DNA of 64,000 bases from an uncultured Nitrososphaeraceae archaeon (GCA_963837175.1 CAWIMJ010000003.1:1-64000), one strand, 5' to 3'; counted from the first letter of the stretch, positions 23,187 through 34,828 are shown. Program-made: numbers and translations. The notes: generated by a model from the sequence alone, not told the origin.

Positions 23187-24332
23187 TTAATATTGGAGTC
23201 CGAAAATATTCACCATATTTTTTACATTGTTAACTTCGTCATGTAACCTGACTGTATTAATGAGTAGATCTAGAGCTCGGGGCGTATCAAAGTCATCTTC
23301 AATATATCGGATGAACCTGGACAATAAATTAGAGTTATTACCTGATTCTTCATAAGCCGGGACATTATCAATTGTATTGCTTAAGGTCTTATCAATAATC
23401 TCAAATTTATTAAGTTTGGATCTGGAGAATATTATAGATTCTCTATAGTGTCGGGAAAAAAAATAAAGTCTCAACGTATTTGAATTGTATCTTTTCAACA
23501 TATCTCGAATCTTTATGGTGTTACCCACTGAGTTGGACATTTTCTTTCCTTTTATTTTCACTAATCCTACATGAGTCCAATATCGTACAGGACAAAAAGA
23601 GGAAGTCAGAACCTCGAGTTGTGCAAGATGAGACTCGTGATGTGGATATATTAATTCTGTTGCTCCACCATGTACATCATATATTCCGTTGAAATTTGAC
23701 ATCACAACCGAAGTATCTTGCATATGCCACCACGGAATTCCACTCCCTAGAATTTTATTGTAATATTTTTGGCCAAATTCATCACTTGCATTCCATATTA
23801 GGATGTCGCTCGGATTGATCTTACCAGGCCCAATGTCAAGTCTTCTATTGTCTACATCATTTTTACTCATTTGAGATAATTTTCCATACGACTTTAATCT
23901 AGATATATCCAGATAGATATTTCCATTACGAGAATACGCTAATTTACGTTCAAGCAAATTTGCAACCAGTTTTGCAGCAGTGTTCACATAATCTGATACC
24001 CTAGCAAAATTGAAGGAAGTTATGATACCACAAGATAATAAATCATTATATAATCCATCAATGTATTTATTTATCAGAGCTTCTGTTGATAAGCCTTCAA
24101 TAGTTGCCTTTATAGGTATCTTGGGATCAATGTCAGTTATATTGATAATCACGATCGGAGTCAAGCCTTTAAAACGCAGATACCTGGTCATAAGATCGTA
24201 GAAAAAGAATATACGTGCATGTCCGAGATGACAATAATCATAAACTGTTGGTCCACAAACAAAGATTTTCACATTATTATCTTTAGATATAAAATAAGAT
24301 TTTTTCCTCGATAGGGTATCATAGATTTTCAA
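23187..24332 (-). CDS. Cysteinyl-tRNA synthetase paralog lacking the anticodon-binding domain (MshC-like architecture)
   Basis: CGPTVYD..HLGH, DVHGG, PHHE, KMSNS and DDFDTP; ends at IFGLQY (381 aa). Confidence 0.82.
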   Translation of the reverse strand: MKIYDTLSRKKSYFISKDNNVKIFVCGPTVYDYCHLGHARIFFFYDLMTRYLRFKGLTPIVIINITDIDPKIPIKATIEGLSTEALINKYIDGLYNDLLSCGIITSFNFARVSDYVNTAAKLVANLLERKLAYSRNGNIYLDISRLKSYGKLSQMSKNDVDNRRLDIGPGKINPSDILIWNASDEFGQKYYNKILGSGIPWWHMQDTSVVMSNFNGIYDVHGGATELIYPHHESHLAQLEVLTSSFCPVRYWTHVGLVKIKGKKMSNSVGNTIKIRDMLKRYNSNTLRLYFFSRHYRESIIFSRSKLNKFEIIDKTLSNTIDNVPAYEESGNNSNLLSRFIRYIEDDFDTPRALDLLINTVRLHDEVNNVKNMVNIFGLQY

Positions 24333-24754
24333 TTAATAAATAAATTAGGTAATATGAATATAATAGGTATGAGCTTCTTTCGAAAAAAGGCTTTAACTAA
24401 TGAGTAAATAAGAATATATTTAGTTTAGTACAAATGTTTCGATCCTGTAATTCAGAATATAATACTTCAATAAAAAGTAAATTATAAAATAACCTTAACA
24501 AAACTTTCTTTCTCTTCAACAAATCTGATATTTTAAAAAAGATTTTCTAAATAATGTATTTTCCGGGCTCAAGTCAGATGAGTATTAGAAGAAAAATACA
24601 AGAAGATAATTAAAATGAAAATAAAAAGCAGCCTGCAATCCATTTATAATTATTAAGATGGATTAGGAGATGCTTGTTAGTAGCAATTACTATAAAGCTC
24701 TATAATCATTATGAAAGTTGTTGTGAAGTAAATAATGAGGGGAGAAAAATAAGA

Positions 24755-25312
24755 ATGACTGACACAGAATCCAAAGACAATTCCAATACTAAAGTGAGTT
24801 CAACCAAGCATGAGCCTACATATAATACAAACAATATCAATAGAGCAGTCGAGAAAGGTAGCAGAGATGCTAATTTTCTTAGCTATGCAGTAAGCTTGCT
24901 AGATGGAATGCAGTTTCCAGCCTATAAAAATAATATTCTTGAATATGTGAAGAATGTCATTACTGATAATGAAGTAATTACATTATTTGAGAGCCTCGAC
25001 GGCTATATAAAATTCAAGGATTTACATCATGTAAAAAAAGCGCTAGAAGAAAATAATCCAGAAAAGAAACAAACATATCAAATAAGTGATGAAACACGTG
25101 AAAGTCCTAACGTAAGAACTCAGGATATAACAGATATCAGCACAAGGGAAAGAGAATCTGTAATTGTGAAAGAGGAAAGAAAGGATTATCCAGAAGTGAC
25201 ACCGGGAGCAATGTCAAATTTCATATGTAATATATGCGGTAAATCATTTCAGAACCAAAACGATCTTGTAATTCACCAGCGTTTTGAAAGCGGAGAAGAA
25301 ACTAGTCAGTAA
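24755..25312 (+). CDS. DUF2795-like protein with C-terminal C2H2-type zinc finger
   Basis: LDGMQFPAYK and FICNICGKSFQNQNDLVIHQRFE; likely start MTDTES. Confidence 0.72.
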   Translation: MTDTESKDNSNTKVSSTKHEPTYNTNNINRAVEKGSRDANFLSYAVSLLDGMQFPAYKNNILEYVKNVITDNEVITLFESLDGYIKFKDLHHVKKALEENNPEKKQTYQISDETRESPNVRTQDITDISTRERESVIVKEERKDYPEVTPGAMSNFICNICGKSFQNQNDLVIHQRFESGEETSQ

Positions 25313-25510
25313 AGAGCACATGATAAATATTTTTTAGTATAAAGGAAAAACTAATTAATCTCTTCTTAAGAATTATGCTGAGTATTATAAAATTAGTCCT
25401 GGATAATTGTTATTATAGAAATAAATAGTAGTTAAAGAAACGGGGAGATAGCAATAATGCAGAAGTAATGTCTGTAAAGATATGATATAGATCTAGCGAT
25501 TTTTGTTTTG

Positions 25511-26310
25511 CTAATTCTTTAATGCTCTTTTTTCGTCAAACACAAAGAATCTGTTATGCCAGAATAACATATAGCCATGAGAAGATAAGCGGCAGTATAT
25601 AGAGTCCAGATCCAGTTTCTTTCTGTCATTCCTGTGACAGAAATATATCCAAACATGGTGTAGGCTATAGCTAGAATTAGTATATATAAAAATATCCAAG
25701 GAATTAATATTAAATCCCACTTTAGTGGATCTAAAAATATTAGTATCCCTGGAACAATGAAAATCAAGTCCAAAAATAAGATAGGAAATGCTAATTAAAA
25801 TATTGGATCTTATATTGCAGAGAAAATTCAGAATGTTGAATCAAAAATAAAATATGAATCCAAAGATAAATTGTAGATTTATGCATACCAAAATAGTATT
25901 AGACTTGTGCACACAATTGAAGAGTTTATGCATCTTAATTATATAATATATCAAAGGTACATACCCGCTAACCAGAAAATATTAGAAATAGATCGAAAAC
26001 GATTTTTTATTCCTAATCCTATTTAAGGTAAGTGCAAAGTATTTCAGCAATACACAATAACATTAATCCTATCGCTAGAAAAGCATATGTTTTGCCAATG
26101 AGACCATCTAAGTTCTGCCTATACACATCTTTTAATGATAAACTCATTTGTAATATTATAGCGGAACTTGCTACAAATATATTACCGATGAAAAATCTTT
26201 TTTCTTCATCTAAAAATACGATAATATTGCTTATAAGAAGCACGACTCCAACAAAGATAAGGATAAGGTTTCTACGGAGTATTTCACTAGTAATTATTAT
26301 GATTGATTTG
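25511..26310 (-). pseudogene. Fragmented multi-TM membrane protein
   Basis: several short hydrophobic ORFs in different frames (LIGKTYAFLAIGLMLLCIAE; WIWTLYTAAYLLMA). Confidence 0.5.
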
Positions 26311-26372
26311 GAATTTATGATATTTTATAGATTTTTGTGACGTATAACATAGTTGGAATTTTTTTTATATGC

Positions 26373-27443
26373 TTAATAAAATTTTGGTTTCATACCCTTA
26401 AAATGATTACGAATAGGTTCAATTATTTTATTTATGTGGACAGCTGTAGCATTTTTTAAATCAATTGGGTGTATATTATTTTTAATGAAATCATGCTCTA
26501 CATCTTCATAATTAACGTATGAAATGTTTCCACCGTATTTTGAAGGTCGCTCTATAACAAATTCAGTAAATTGGTGAAAGATGATATACTTGACTAGCTC
26601 AAGCACGGGGTTGCATTCTGCTATACCAGAAGGGCAAAAAGCCTTATGCATCTTTTCATTAATAGTTTGTTCATTATCATGAATCATAATCCCACTTGAA
26701 GGTTTGCTCTTGCTCATTTTGCTTGATATTTTTAAGTCCTCAGAAGAATCTTCGGATAGTCCTAGTTTGGTAGGTTGAGATAGACCCGGTAGTAAATGAT
26801 GATGTATAGAAATTGGAACCTTCCATCCTAATCTTGGAAAGATTTCCCTTGTTAACATATGAATTTTTCTCTGATCCATCCCAGCGTGGACTATATCGAG
26901 GTCAAGGGCCTTGATATCAACAGATTGCATTGGAGGATATAGCAACTGAGAAAAATCAAGATTTTCCTTCTCAGTTCTACCCATAATAGTCAAAGATCGT
27001 ATTGTCCTAGATAAAGTCATTTGTTTGCTAAAACGTACAAAATTTTGCCAATAATCATCTGTATTCCCATAGAGGTCACTGCCGATTACTATATTTGCGC
27101 CAGGACAAAAAAATTTGAATGCCTCAGAATAATAATAAGAGATCTCTCGTATTTTATTCCAGTCTCCACCTAGCTTATTATTTATATAGGTGTGCCAATC
27201 AGCTAGAAATATAGTTGTATTGATCTTAGCTTTAATGAAGTCGTTAATTTTAAAGCCTGTTAAAATAAGGCTGCCGACATGGAGTTCTCCAGAAATTTCT
27301 AAACCAATATAGTGCTTTGGTGAATCAGCAGTTTGTAACAGGGTTATCAACTCATCCATAGTAACAATTTCTTCAGTAGGATCTTTTTTAATAAGATCTA
27401 AGCGTTCTTGTACATCCATGTTATAAAAGTTGGCAGCAGTCAA
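26373..27443 (-). CDS. tyrS: Tyrosyl-tRNA synthetase (archaeal type)
   Basis: YIGLEISGELHVG, YPPMQ, AGMDQRKIH and KMSKS. Confidence 0.95.
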   Translation of the reverse strand: MTAANFYNMDVQERLDLIKKDPTEEIVTMDELITLLQTADSPKHYIGLEISGELHVGSLILTGFKINDFIKAKINTTIFLADWHTYINNKLGGDWNKIREISYYYSEAFKFFCPGANIVIGSDLYGNTDDYWQNFVRFSKQMTLSRTIRSLTIMGRTEKENLDFSQLLYPPMQSVDIKALDLDIVHAGMDQRKIHMLTREIFPRLGWKVPISIHHHLLPGLSQPTKLGLSEDSSEDLKISSKMSKSKPSSGIMIHDNEQTINEKMHKAFCPSGIAECNPVLELVKYIIFHQFTEFVIERPSKYGGNISYVNYEDVEHDFIKNNIHPIDLKNATAVHINKIIEPIRNHFKGMKPKFY

Positions 27444-27512
27444 TACCTATTAATTTTTTTATTCATATAGATCCAGGATAATATTCTTATAAAGCATTGA
27501 AAACTACTGGAG

Positions 27513-28340
27513 TCATGAATTAATGTTGGTATTATTAGAAGTAGTTGTCGGAACAGGAACATCCTTGACGAGTTCATATTTTGATCTATACCCTCTTGGA
27601 TTTATCATCATACCATTATAAGTAAAAGTAGATGAATTGCCAACGATTACTGTTGTAATCATACCGAGCATGTCTTGATGTTCTAGCATTCTCTCTATAG
27701 TAGTAATAACTATTGCCTGGCTTTCTCTATATGCTCCCTTGACTATAGCAACTGGAGTTTCTGGTTTTCTGTATTTTAGAAAAATGTCTCTGGTATCTCT
27801 TAATTGATGTATGCGTTTTTTGCTAGCAGGATTGTAAATGACAGTAACGTAATCTCCCAAGGCAGCGGCTTCTACCCGCTTTACAATTATGCCCCACGGT
27901 ACAAGTAAATCACTCATGCTAACTACAGCAAAATCAGTCATTAGTGGAGAACCAATTAGAGCAGAGCATGAATTCAATGATGAAACCCCCGGCACACATT
28001 CAACATAAATTCCAATTTCTCTATTCCAACCTTTCTCTGAAAGAATCTCGTAAATCAAGCCAATCATGCCATATATCCCTGGATCCCCTGATGATACTAG
28101 CGATACGATTTTGCCTTGTTCTGCAAAATCTATAGCTTGATTTGCTCTATCTACTTCCTGTGTCATGGCATAACGATATACTTCTTTACCAACAATTAGA
28201 TCCTCGACTAGAGAAACGTATGTATCATAACCAACAATAATTTCACTTTGTTCTATTACTTGTTTTGCTCTATATGTCATATGGTCATGATGACCGGGAC
28301 CGACTCCAACAACAAATAATTTACCTCTACTTATACTCAT
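27513..28340 (-). CDS. cbiH: Precorrin-3B C17-methyltransferase
   Basis: VGVGPG, VSSGDPGIYG, SDLLVPW and PRGY. Confidence 0.93.
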   Translation of the reverse strand: MSISRGKLFVVGVGPGHHDHMTYRAKQVIEQSEIIVGYDTYVSLVEDLIVGKEVYRYAMTQEVDRANQAIDFAEQGKIVSLVSSGDPGIYGMIGLIYEILSEKGWNREIGIYVECVPGVSSLNSCSALIGSPLMTDFAVVSMSDLLVPWGIIVKRVEAAALGDYVTVIYNPASKKRIHQLRDTRDIFLKYRKPETPVAIVKGAYRESQAIVITTIERMLEHQDMLGMITTVIVGNSSTFTYNGMMINPRGYRSKYELVKDVPVPTTTSNNTNINS

Positions 28341-28510
28341 TCTATCTAAATGAAATAGGATACAATTTATCTTTTTTCCTAGCGGAAAGGTTCTACGTTA
28401 TACACAGTCTTTAGTAATAGACTCCTCTACTAGCTAACCAAAAGGTTTAGAATAGATTGTATTATGACAATACTATTATCATCAAACAATCAACTGTAAT
28501 TTATTTTAAC

Positions 28511-29920
28511 TTATTCTGTATTGGCAAGCCGGAATTCATCGTGTAGTGCTCGAACAGCCTTCTCACAATCATCATCATTAACTACAAAAGCTAAATTTAG
28601 TTCAGAAGATCCCTGAGCGATCATTATAACGTTGATATTTCTTGTTGCTACAGCACTAAATATTTTTGCTGCTACACCCTTTATTCCACGCATGCCTGAG
28701 CCTACAACAGCGATTATCGCAACGTCTTCATTCACATTAAGTTGTTTTATGATCTTTCCAAGTAAATTTAACTCAAACGTCGTGGTTGCTTTATCGAGAT
28801 CATTTTTCCTTACGACCATTGATATACTGGATTCTGAAGGACTTTGAGAAATCATCATGATATTTACTCTATTTTTTGCAAGTGTGTCAAAGATCTTTGC
28901 GGCGGTACCTGGAATACCCACCATCCCGCCTCCACTGACCTCAATCAAAGCCGTATGGCGAATAGCGCTAATGGATTTTACAATTTTCTGAGATGATACG
29001 CTAGGATTATGTAAAATGACAGTTCCTTCATGTTCTACATTGAATGTATTGCGTATTCGAATCGGGATTTTGGTCTCTAAAATAGGCTCAAGAGCGCGTG
29101 GATGGATATACTTTACACCAAACAAAGCCATTTCCATCGCTTCGGCGTATGATACTTCTTTAAGTACTTTCGCAGATTTGACAATCTTAGGATCTGCTGT
29201 CATTAATCCATCAACATCACTCCAAAGCCATATTTCATCAGCGTTAATACTTGCTGCAATTATTGTAGCTGTATAATCAGAGCCTCCTCGACCAAATGTG
29301 GTTATGTTACCATTCTGGTCAGCACCAATAAATCCAGTTACTACAGGGATTACACCTTCTCTTAATAATGGTTCAATTTTATGGGCAACACGAAGTCTTG
29401 TAGTATCCATAAGAGGACGAGCTTCACCGAAATTAGAATCAGTCAATATTCCAACTTCTTTTCCGATAATGTATTGCGATGCTAATCCTATGTCACGTAA
29501 TGCAAACGAAACAATTGGAGTTGATAGCCGCTCTCCAAATGACATTAAATAGTCTAATGATTTTGGAGTGACTTCGGCCAGAAGCACTATTCCTTCAAGT
29601 ATGTCTTCTAATTCGTCAATTAGTTGCGTAATTACAATTTGTGCCTCATTCCTTAATTTTCTATTTGAGATGGATTCATCGATAATGGTAAGATGAGTGA
29701 TACGTATCCTTTTAATGAAATCCATTATAGAAATTTTATCTCCTCTCTTGACACTAGTAGAAATGGATAATATTTCGTCAGTTATACCTCTAACAGCGGA
29801 AACGACACCTATCATTTCGTCTTCTCTTTTATGTCTGTATGATTTTATTAGATTAGCCACATGAATCACTTTTTCACCCGAATCAATGGCAGTTCCACCA
29901 AACTTCATTATAAGGCGCAT
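28511..29920 (-). CDS. lysC: Aspartate kinase
   Basis: MKFGGT, GRGGSDYTA and two ACT domains. Confidence 0.95.
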   Translation of the reverse strand: MRLIMKFGGTAIDSGEKVIHVANLIKSYRHKREDEMIGVVSAVRGITDEILSISTSVKRGDKISIMDFIKRIRITHLTIIDESISNRKLRNEAQIVITQLIDELEDILEGIVLLAEVTPKSLDYLMSFGERLSTPIVSFALRDIGLASQYIIGKEVGILTDSNFGEARPLMDTTRLRVAHKIEPLLREGVIPVVTGFIGADQNGNITTFGRGGSDYTATIIAASINADEIWLWSDVDGLMTADPKIVKSAKVLKEVSYAEAMEMALFGVKYIHPRALEPILETKIPIRIRNTFNVEHEGTVILHNPSVSSQKIVKSISAIRHTALIEVSGGGMVGIPGTAAKIFDTLAKNRVNIMMISQSPSESSISMVVRKNDLDKATTTFELNLLGKIIKQLNVNEDVAIIAVVGSGMRGIKGVAAKIFSAVATRNINVIMIAQGSSELNLAFVVNDDDCEKAVRALHDEFRLANTE

Positions 29921-30216
29921 ACTAAGTCAATAGATCCTAATTGCCTAAAGATTAATGCTTCTTTTTTGTCTATTAAATATTTTTTCTCTTTATTTTAGGT
30001 TTCCTGCTTTGATATCTTCTAAAATGTATAAATAAGTATATAGTCCTTAACATAAACACAGGGTTATTCAAGAATATCCGTATATCTCTTATTATAAGGC
30101 CTATAAATAGAACCGGTTTAACTACCACGTTTCTTAGAATTTTTGTTATTTAGTATAGTTGAGATCTACGATCGTATTTGCTTTAGTTTCAATGTAGTTT
30201 GTAGAGTCTATCTTTT

Positions 30217-30978
30217 TTAGTCCTGCACTCTAGGAGCAAGATAAAAATGGATTCTACCGACATTTGTTACTCTAAATTCTAACCTCAATGGCATCTTGCT
30301 TGAATATTCCGCAGCTACTGAACCTCCCACAGTGCCTACTGCTTTAGTGATTTTGGAAAGATAATCTAGACTATATGTTGCCTTACTACTCTCTTTAACG
30401 CTTATCTCTTCCAATCCTTCGCTTCCTGATTCTAGAGTTATATCTCCTTCTCCAGAATCTCCTCTTCCTGAGAATTCCACTTTTTTTAGTTCTGATTCGA
30501 TAGAAATATATTCAGATACTACCTGGACGTCTGAAAGGATTTTATCAAATGCTCCCGAAGTCATTACAATTTTAGAATTAAAATTTAGTTTAGGCAATGG
30601 TGTCGAGCTTCCAGAAGTTTCAATTAATCTCATTTTATATTCCCGTTTATAACTATTAGAAATTTCGATATGAAGCATACTATCCTCTTGCACAGCAATT
30701 TTAACTGCGTCTTTCTTGTCAGCTCTTTTTATCAACTTCGAAAATTCGTCAATTCGCACTCCAAATTTTACTGAAGCATCACAATCGTACTCTTCAAATG
30801 CGGAATTTGGCCAATGAATATCTATGAGTGCAACATGTGATGGATCCATTCCTCTGAATGATATTCCTTCAACTGTAGCTTCAAAGGTAGCCTCATCTAC
30901 CAGTGTAGAAATGGCCGATGTTACCGCCTTCCATTCATCAGGAGATTTTGTTTTAGCCTTAAATACCAAATTAATCAA
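30217..30978 (-). CDS. pcn: DNA polymerase sliding clamp PCNA
   Basis: MDPSHVAL and FYLAPR. Confidence 0.96.
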   Translation of the reverse strand: MINLVFKAKTKSPDEWKAVTSAISTLVDEATFEATVEGISFRGMDPSHVALIDIHWPNSAFEEYDCDASVKFGVRIDEFSKLIKRADKKDAVKIAVQEDSMLHIEISNSYKREYKMRLIETSGSSTPLPKLNFNSKIVMTSGAFDKILSDVQVVSEYISIESELKKVEFSGRGDSGEGDITLESGSEGLEEISVKESSKATYSLDYLSKITKAVGTVGGSVAAEYSSKMPLRLEFRVTNVGRIHFYLAPRVQD

Positions 30979-31476
30979 TTAGTGGCTGTCGTTTACAGAT
31001 TTTAAACATTACTATATCGTGAATAATTATAGTTTAGGTCTGTGCAAATACACGTCAAAAAATAATTTATAATGACAAATAAATTATCTACTTAAAATTA
31101 CAATAGATAGAATTGTAGTAGATTGCGACAGAATAATGCTGAGTCTGGATATATATAATGGGATTATCAAAATCTTTTAGTTAATAATGACGATTAAAAT
31201 ATTTGATTATGATTGACCGTTGGACTAGAATAAATGAAACATCCTACTGTGAACAATCTTGATAAAATTATCTAAACATTATACTTCAAAATCTTTGCAT
31301 TATCATCTCGCATAGTGTGTATAAGAGATGATAGCATATCATTTCAATCTTATCTGTCTTGCATGTGAGGACCTTTTTTCTGTCATATAATAGTCAATGA
31401 CCCGTCATTTGATGGTCAGGTAATCGTCAGCTGCAATATATGCTGAGAGAACGTTAACATGTTGTCATTTACATTC

Positions 31477-32031
31477 TTATCCGTGCATCCACTCCCTTTC
31501 TTCTAAATATTCAATTAATTTCATCATTTGCTCCATTCTTGCTTTCCCTCCCACTTGGTTTCTACAATCTTCGTAAAGTTTCATTAATCTTTCATTTTCT
31601 TCCCATGATATACTTTTTTTATTTTCAATTAAATCAAAGAATTTATCTTCTTTATGTGTGTGGTCAGTTAGGAAAACTGCGTATGATTTTAAGAACCTTG
31701 CAATTGGCTCTCTATAATCAATTCCTTTATTCCATTTCTGCAGTTGATGTAAAAGCATTTTTGCAATTCTTCTTCCAAGCTCATGCTCTATTAGAAACTT
31801 GCGAATATCCTCCGAAAAACTATCTTTATCTTTAGTTTCTGGGAAATACGCTTGCTCTTCTTTTCCGTGATGGAACCTGTCAACAAATTCTTCAATTACG
31901 ACTGAAATAATTTTAATATCTTCAATCGGGATATTTTCATTAGCATAAAGTTTATTAGAACATTTTTGAGCTATATCTCTTAATCTTCTTAATATGATAT
32001 GATCCTGTTTAAGATCCCGTGTAGCATCCAA
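31477..32031 (-). CDS. Hemerythrin-like (HHE) domain protein
   Basis: DH, HHGKEE, EH and HTHKED metal ligands. Confidence 0.88.
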   Translation of the reverse strand: MDATRDLKQDHIILRRLRDIAQKCSNKLYANENIPIEDIKIISVVIEEFVDRFHHGKEEQAYFPETKDKDSFSEDIRKFLIEHELGRRIAKMLLHQLQKWNKGIDYREPIARFLKSYAVFLTDHTHKEDKFFDLIENKKSISWEENERLMKLYEDCRNQVGGKARMEQMMKLIEYLEEREWMHG

Positions 32032-32835
32032 TGAAAGTACTCTCTATCTTTAATTTGTGATATTTAATTCATTTGACATGTGTTTTTATGCTATTGATTG
32101 TATGTTAATGGCAAGGTTAGTCTTTAGCATAGATGCCTTAGCTTTGAAATAATAAATAGTCCTGTTCAATTATACCCTATTCGTTTCGAATCGACTAGTG
32201 GATGGTCATCCATACTTTTATGGAAGCGAATCTTTTACAAGATTTCGGTTTTGTTATAAGATTTGCATATCCATAGATATTTCAATTCTCTAATGTTTCT
32301 CATGAAAGGCTGTGTTTTTTCAACATACCATCCAGTTCTCTCGGTACTTGTCTTGATGATGATACATAGCAACTAATTTATGATTAAACTATCACAAATA
32401 TTATACCAATTATACGGATTGTTTGCTATGTCGATAGTGCCCTAAAGTATCATCCAATTATGATTCAGCAATACTAGTCTAAATATAACTCTATAACAAC
32501 CATAAAAAGATCTTTAATTCAATTCTTAATAAACAGCTCAATTATTTTTACCGTCTCGACCAACTGATATATTACTTGTTAAATTCATACGATTATTTTG
32601 GATATATAGTAAATTGCTAATAGTGGGAAATCTATAGCTCGACATTAAATTATAGCTGAGGGGAAGTGTTAAATGTATTGATGGCATAATCTAATTCTTA
32701 AACTGTGATCAGGTAGTATTATGCAGTTAAAACAAAAAGAATTCACTTGGTATTATTGCATATTAATGCAACAATCCAAACTTTACGCTTATAAATTAGT
32801 CACATACTACACAAATCAAGGTCTGAGCATCGCCG

Positions 32836-33173
32836 TGAAAAAAATGGAAATTATTATACCTGATAGGAGATTGCATGATGTAAGCGAAATACTAAAAGAT
32901 GCTAATACTGGAGGAATGAGCTGCTACAGAATAGAAGGCCGAGGAAAAATAAAAGCAGAAGCTGTTTCAATAGGAAGAGGCACGATGCGTTATAAACCAG
33001 AGTTTATTCCAAGAACTAAAGTAGAGGTAGTTGTTAAGGATGAACAAGTCGAGGCTTTGATTAAAACTTTGAGAGAAAAGTTGGGAGATAACATTGGAGG
33101 AAAGATCTTTGTTACGGATGTGGCTATGGTAGTAGATTTAACAACAGGAAATAGAGAAGAGTCTGCTATATAG
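32836..33173 (+). CDS. glnB: P-II nitrogen regulatory protein
   Basis: (M)KKMEIII, GRG T-loop, KVEVVV and GGKIFV; GTG start likely. Confidence 0.88.
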
Positions 33174-33294
33174 TGTATCTATTGGCAGATAAATGTTTTT
33201 CATCTGTTTACATGTAACCACTTGAATCTCATAGGGATTGTTAGAGAGCGGCATATATTGTATCGTGTTGTTGCTGAAAATAAAAATCCATTTA

Positions 33295-33430
33295 AGACTA
33301 TACAAGAAATAATGAGTATCCACTTTTTACAATCGATGAAGAATCTCTAGTTGCAAATGCTATATCATTGATGAGAAGTAAACGTATAAGAAGCCTGGCG
33401 GTAAGGAAATCATCAAATCAATAAGATAAA
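33295..33430 (+). pseudogene. CBS-domain remnant
   Basis: IQEIMS then PLFTIDEESLVANAISLMRSKRIRSLAV in another frame, followed by a stop. Confidence 0.6.
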
Positions 33431-33627
33431 ATCATTTGTCATCCAACCGGATAACTCCTATCTTTACAAGAAAAAGCAGTTGTGTAGAAAGAAGTTAACA
33501 TAATTAAAGAATCTAAAATCAGCCACACTAAGCAATTTTTTGTTAATCTAACAGTGCCTCATTAGAGATAATAATAGTTTTAGATTATTCATTAGGGGAC
33601 AATATCAGGAATAAAGTCAAAGAGTTG

Positions 33628-33963
33628 TTAAGAATAATTTCTCCATGTATGACTGCATTTTGTGCATCGGTAAAATTGTGTAGTAGCTTCATCAGCAGAC
33701 CTTGTTTGTAACATCCACCAAAAAGCATTATTATTTTTACATCTCGGACATTCAATAGAGGTCGTAGGTAATATATCTGGACTCTTATCGGCATCAATAA
33801 CTTTGAGTGAATGCTCTGTGTTCTCAATCGATGATATCGTGTTTTCCTTAGCTGACACCTTCTCATTTTCGTTGTCTACTGAAAAACCACATTTTGGACA
33901 AAGAACAATGCCCTCTTCTATCTTCGGCCGCATTCGTGTTTCGCATTTAGGACAGAACTTCAC
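33628..33963 (-). CDS. tfs: Transcription factor S (TFS)
   Basis: two Zn ribbons; QTRSADE acidic hairpin. Confidence 0.94.
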   Translation of the reverse strand: MKFCPKCETRMRPKIEEGIVLCPKCGFSVDNENEKVSAKENTISSIENTEHSLKVIDADKSPDILPTTSIECPRCKNNNAFWWMLQTRSADEATTQFYRCTKCSHTWRNYS

Positions 33964-33980
33964 GTATTAAAACTACTCCT

Positions 33981-34259
33981 TTACTTTTTCAATGCTGTCT
34001 TCAATGTACTAGTAAGTTCCTTAATATGTTCTGAGGCAGAAACAGATGCTTCTCGAATTGCTTCAATTGGATCTTTTTTCTTGGTTATAATTCTAACAAC
34101 ATATTCTTTTATAAGTGGATGCGTAAGTATTACCCCTGCAAATTCAATGCTTTTTTCTTTCAAAAGTTCGTGTTGTATGATATACATAATTGAAATATCT
34201 TCCTCTTGAAGTTTCAACTCCAGTTGATTATCCTTAATATCTATAATTTCCGCAAGCAT
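33981..34259 (-). CDS. rpoL: RNA polymerase subunit Rpo11 (L)
   Basis: FAG..HPL motif; upstream of tfs. Confidence 0.88.
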   Translation of the reverse strand: MLAEIIDIKDNQLELKLQEEDISIMYIIQHELLKEKSIEFAGVILTHPLIKEYVVRIITKKKDPIEAIREASVSASEHIKELTSTLKTALKK

Positions 34260-34312
34260 AATGCAGACAACTACTTATTGAGGATATAAATGATACCATG
34301 TAAGAATTTTCA

Positions 34313-34828
34313 TTGGAAAATAAGCAGAGTATAGTTTCGGATGCAAAATTAGCCTTGTTGCAAGATAGGATAAAAAAAAGTGATTCATCGACATTAAGTT
34401 TGAGTTTTAAAATAATCGGAAATATAAGAGAGGTTTTTAATCAAAAAAACTGGGAACTAGCATATAATAAACATGATAATTTGTTTAGACTCACTATCGA
34501 TATCAGTTTGAAAGCAGGAAGAAAGGTAGTTCTGCAAAACAAATTTGTCAGGAAGGCAACGCTTTTCTGGACTCGTAGTCCTAAGATTCCTTATAGAATA
34601 TGGGTTTCAATTATCAAAGATGATACGCTATTTTATCCCGTCACAGTTGAAGAAGCAAAGTCATTATTATTTGACATAAATAAATTAATAGAAATAAACT
34701 GTGATCACTTAAAGAGTGGAAGTTATGAATTATCAACCCATATTAAAGTTTCATGGGGAAAACACTACTATACCAATTCTACCAAGATAAATGGGAGAAC
34801 AAATACTGTGGATATTAGGTGTGAATAA
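34313..34828 (+). CDS. Hypothetical protein
   Basis: 171-aa ORF divergent from rpoL. Confidence 0.72.
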   Translation: MENKQSIVSDAKLALLQDRIKKSDSSTLSLSFKIIGNIREVFNQKNWELAYNKHDNLFRLTIDISLKAGRKVVLQNKFVRKATLFWTRSPKIPYRIWVSIIKDDTLFYPVTVEEAKSLLFDINKLIEINCDHLKSGSYELSTHIKVSWGKHYYTNSTKINGRTNTVDIRCE

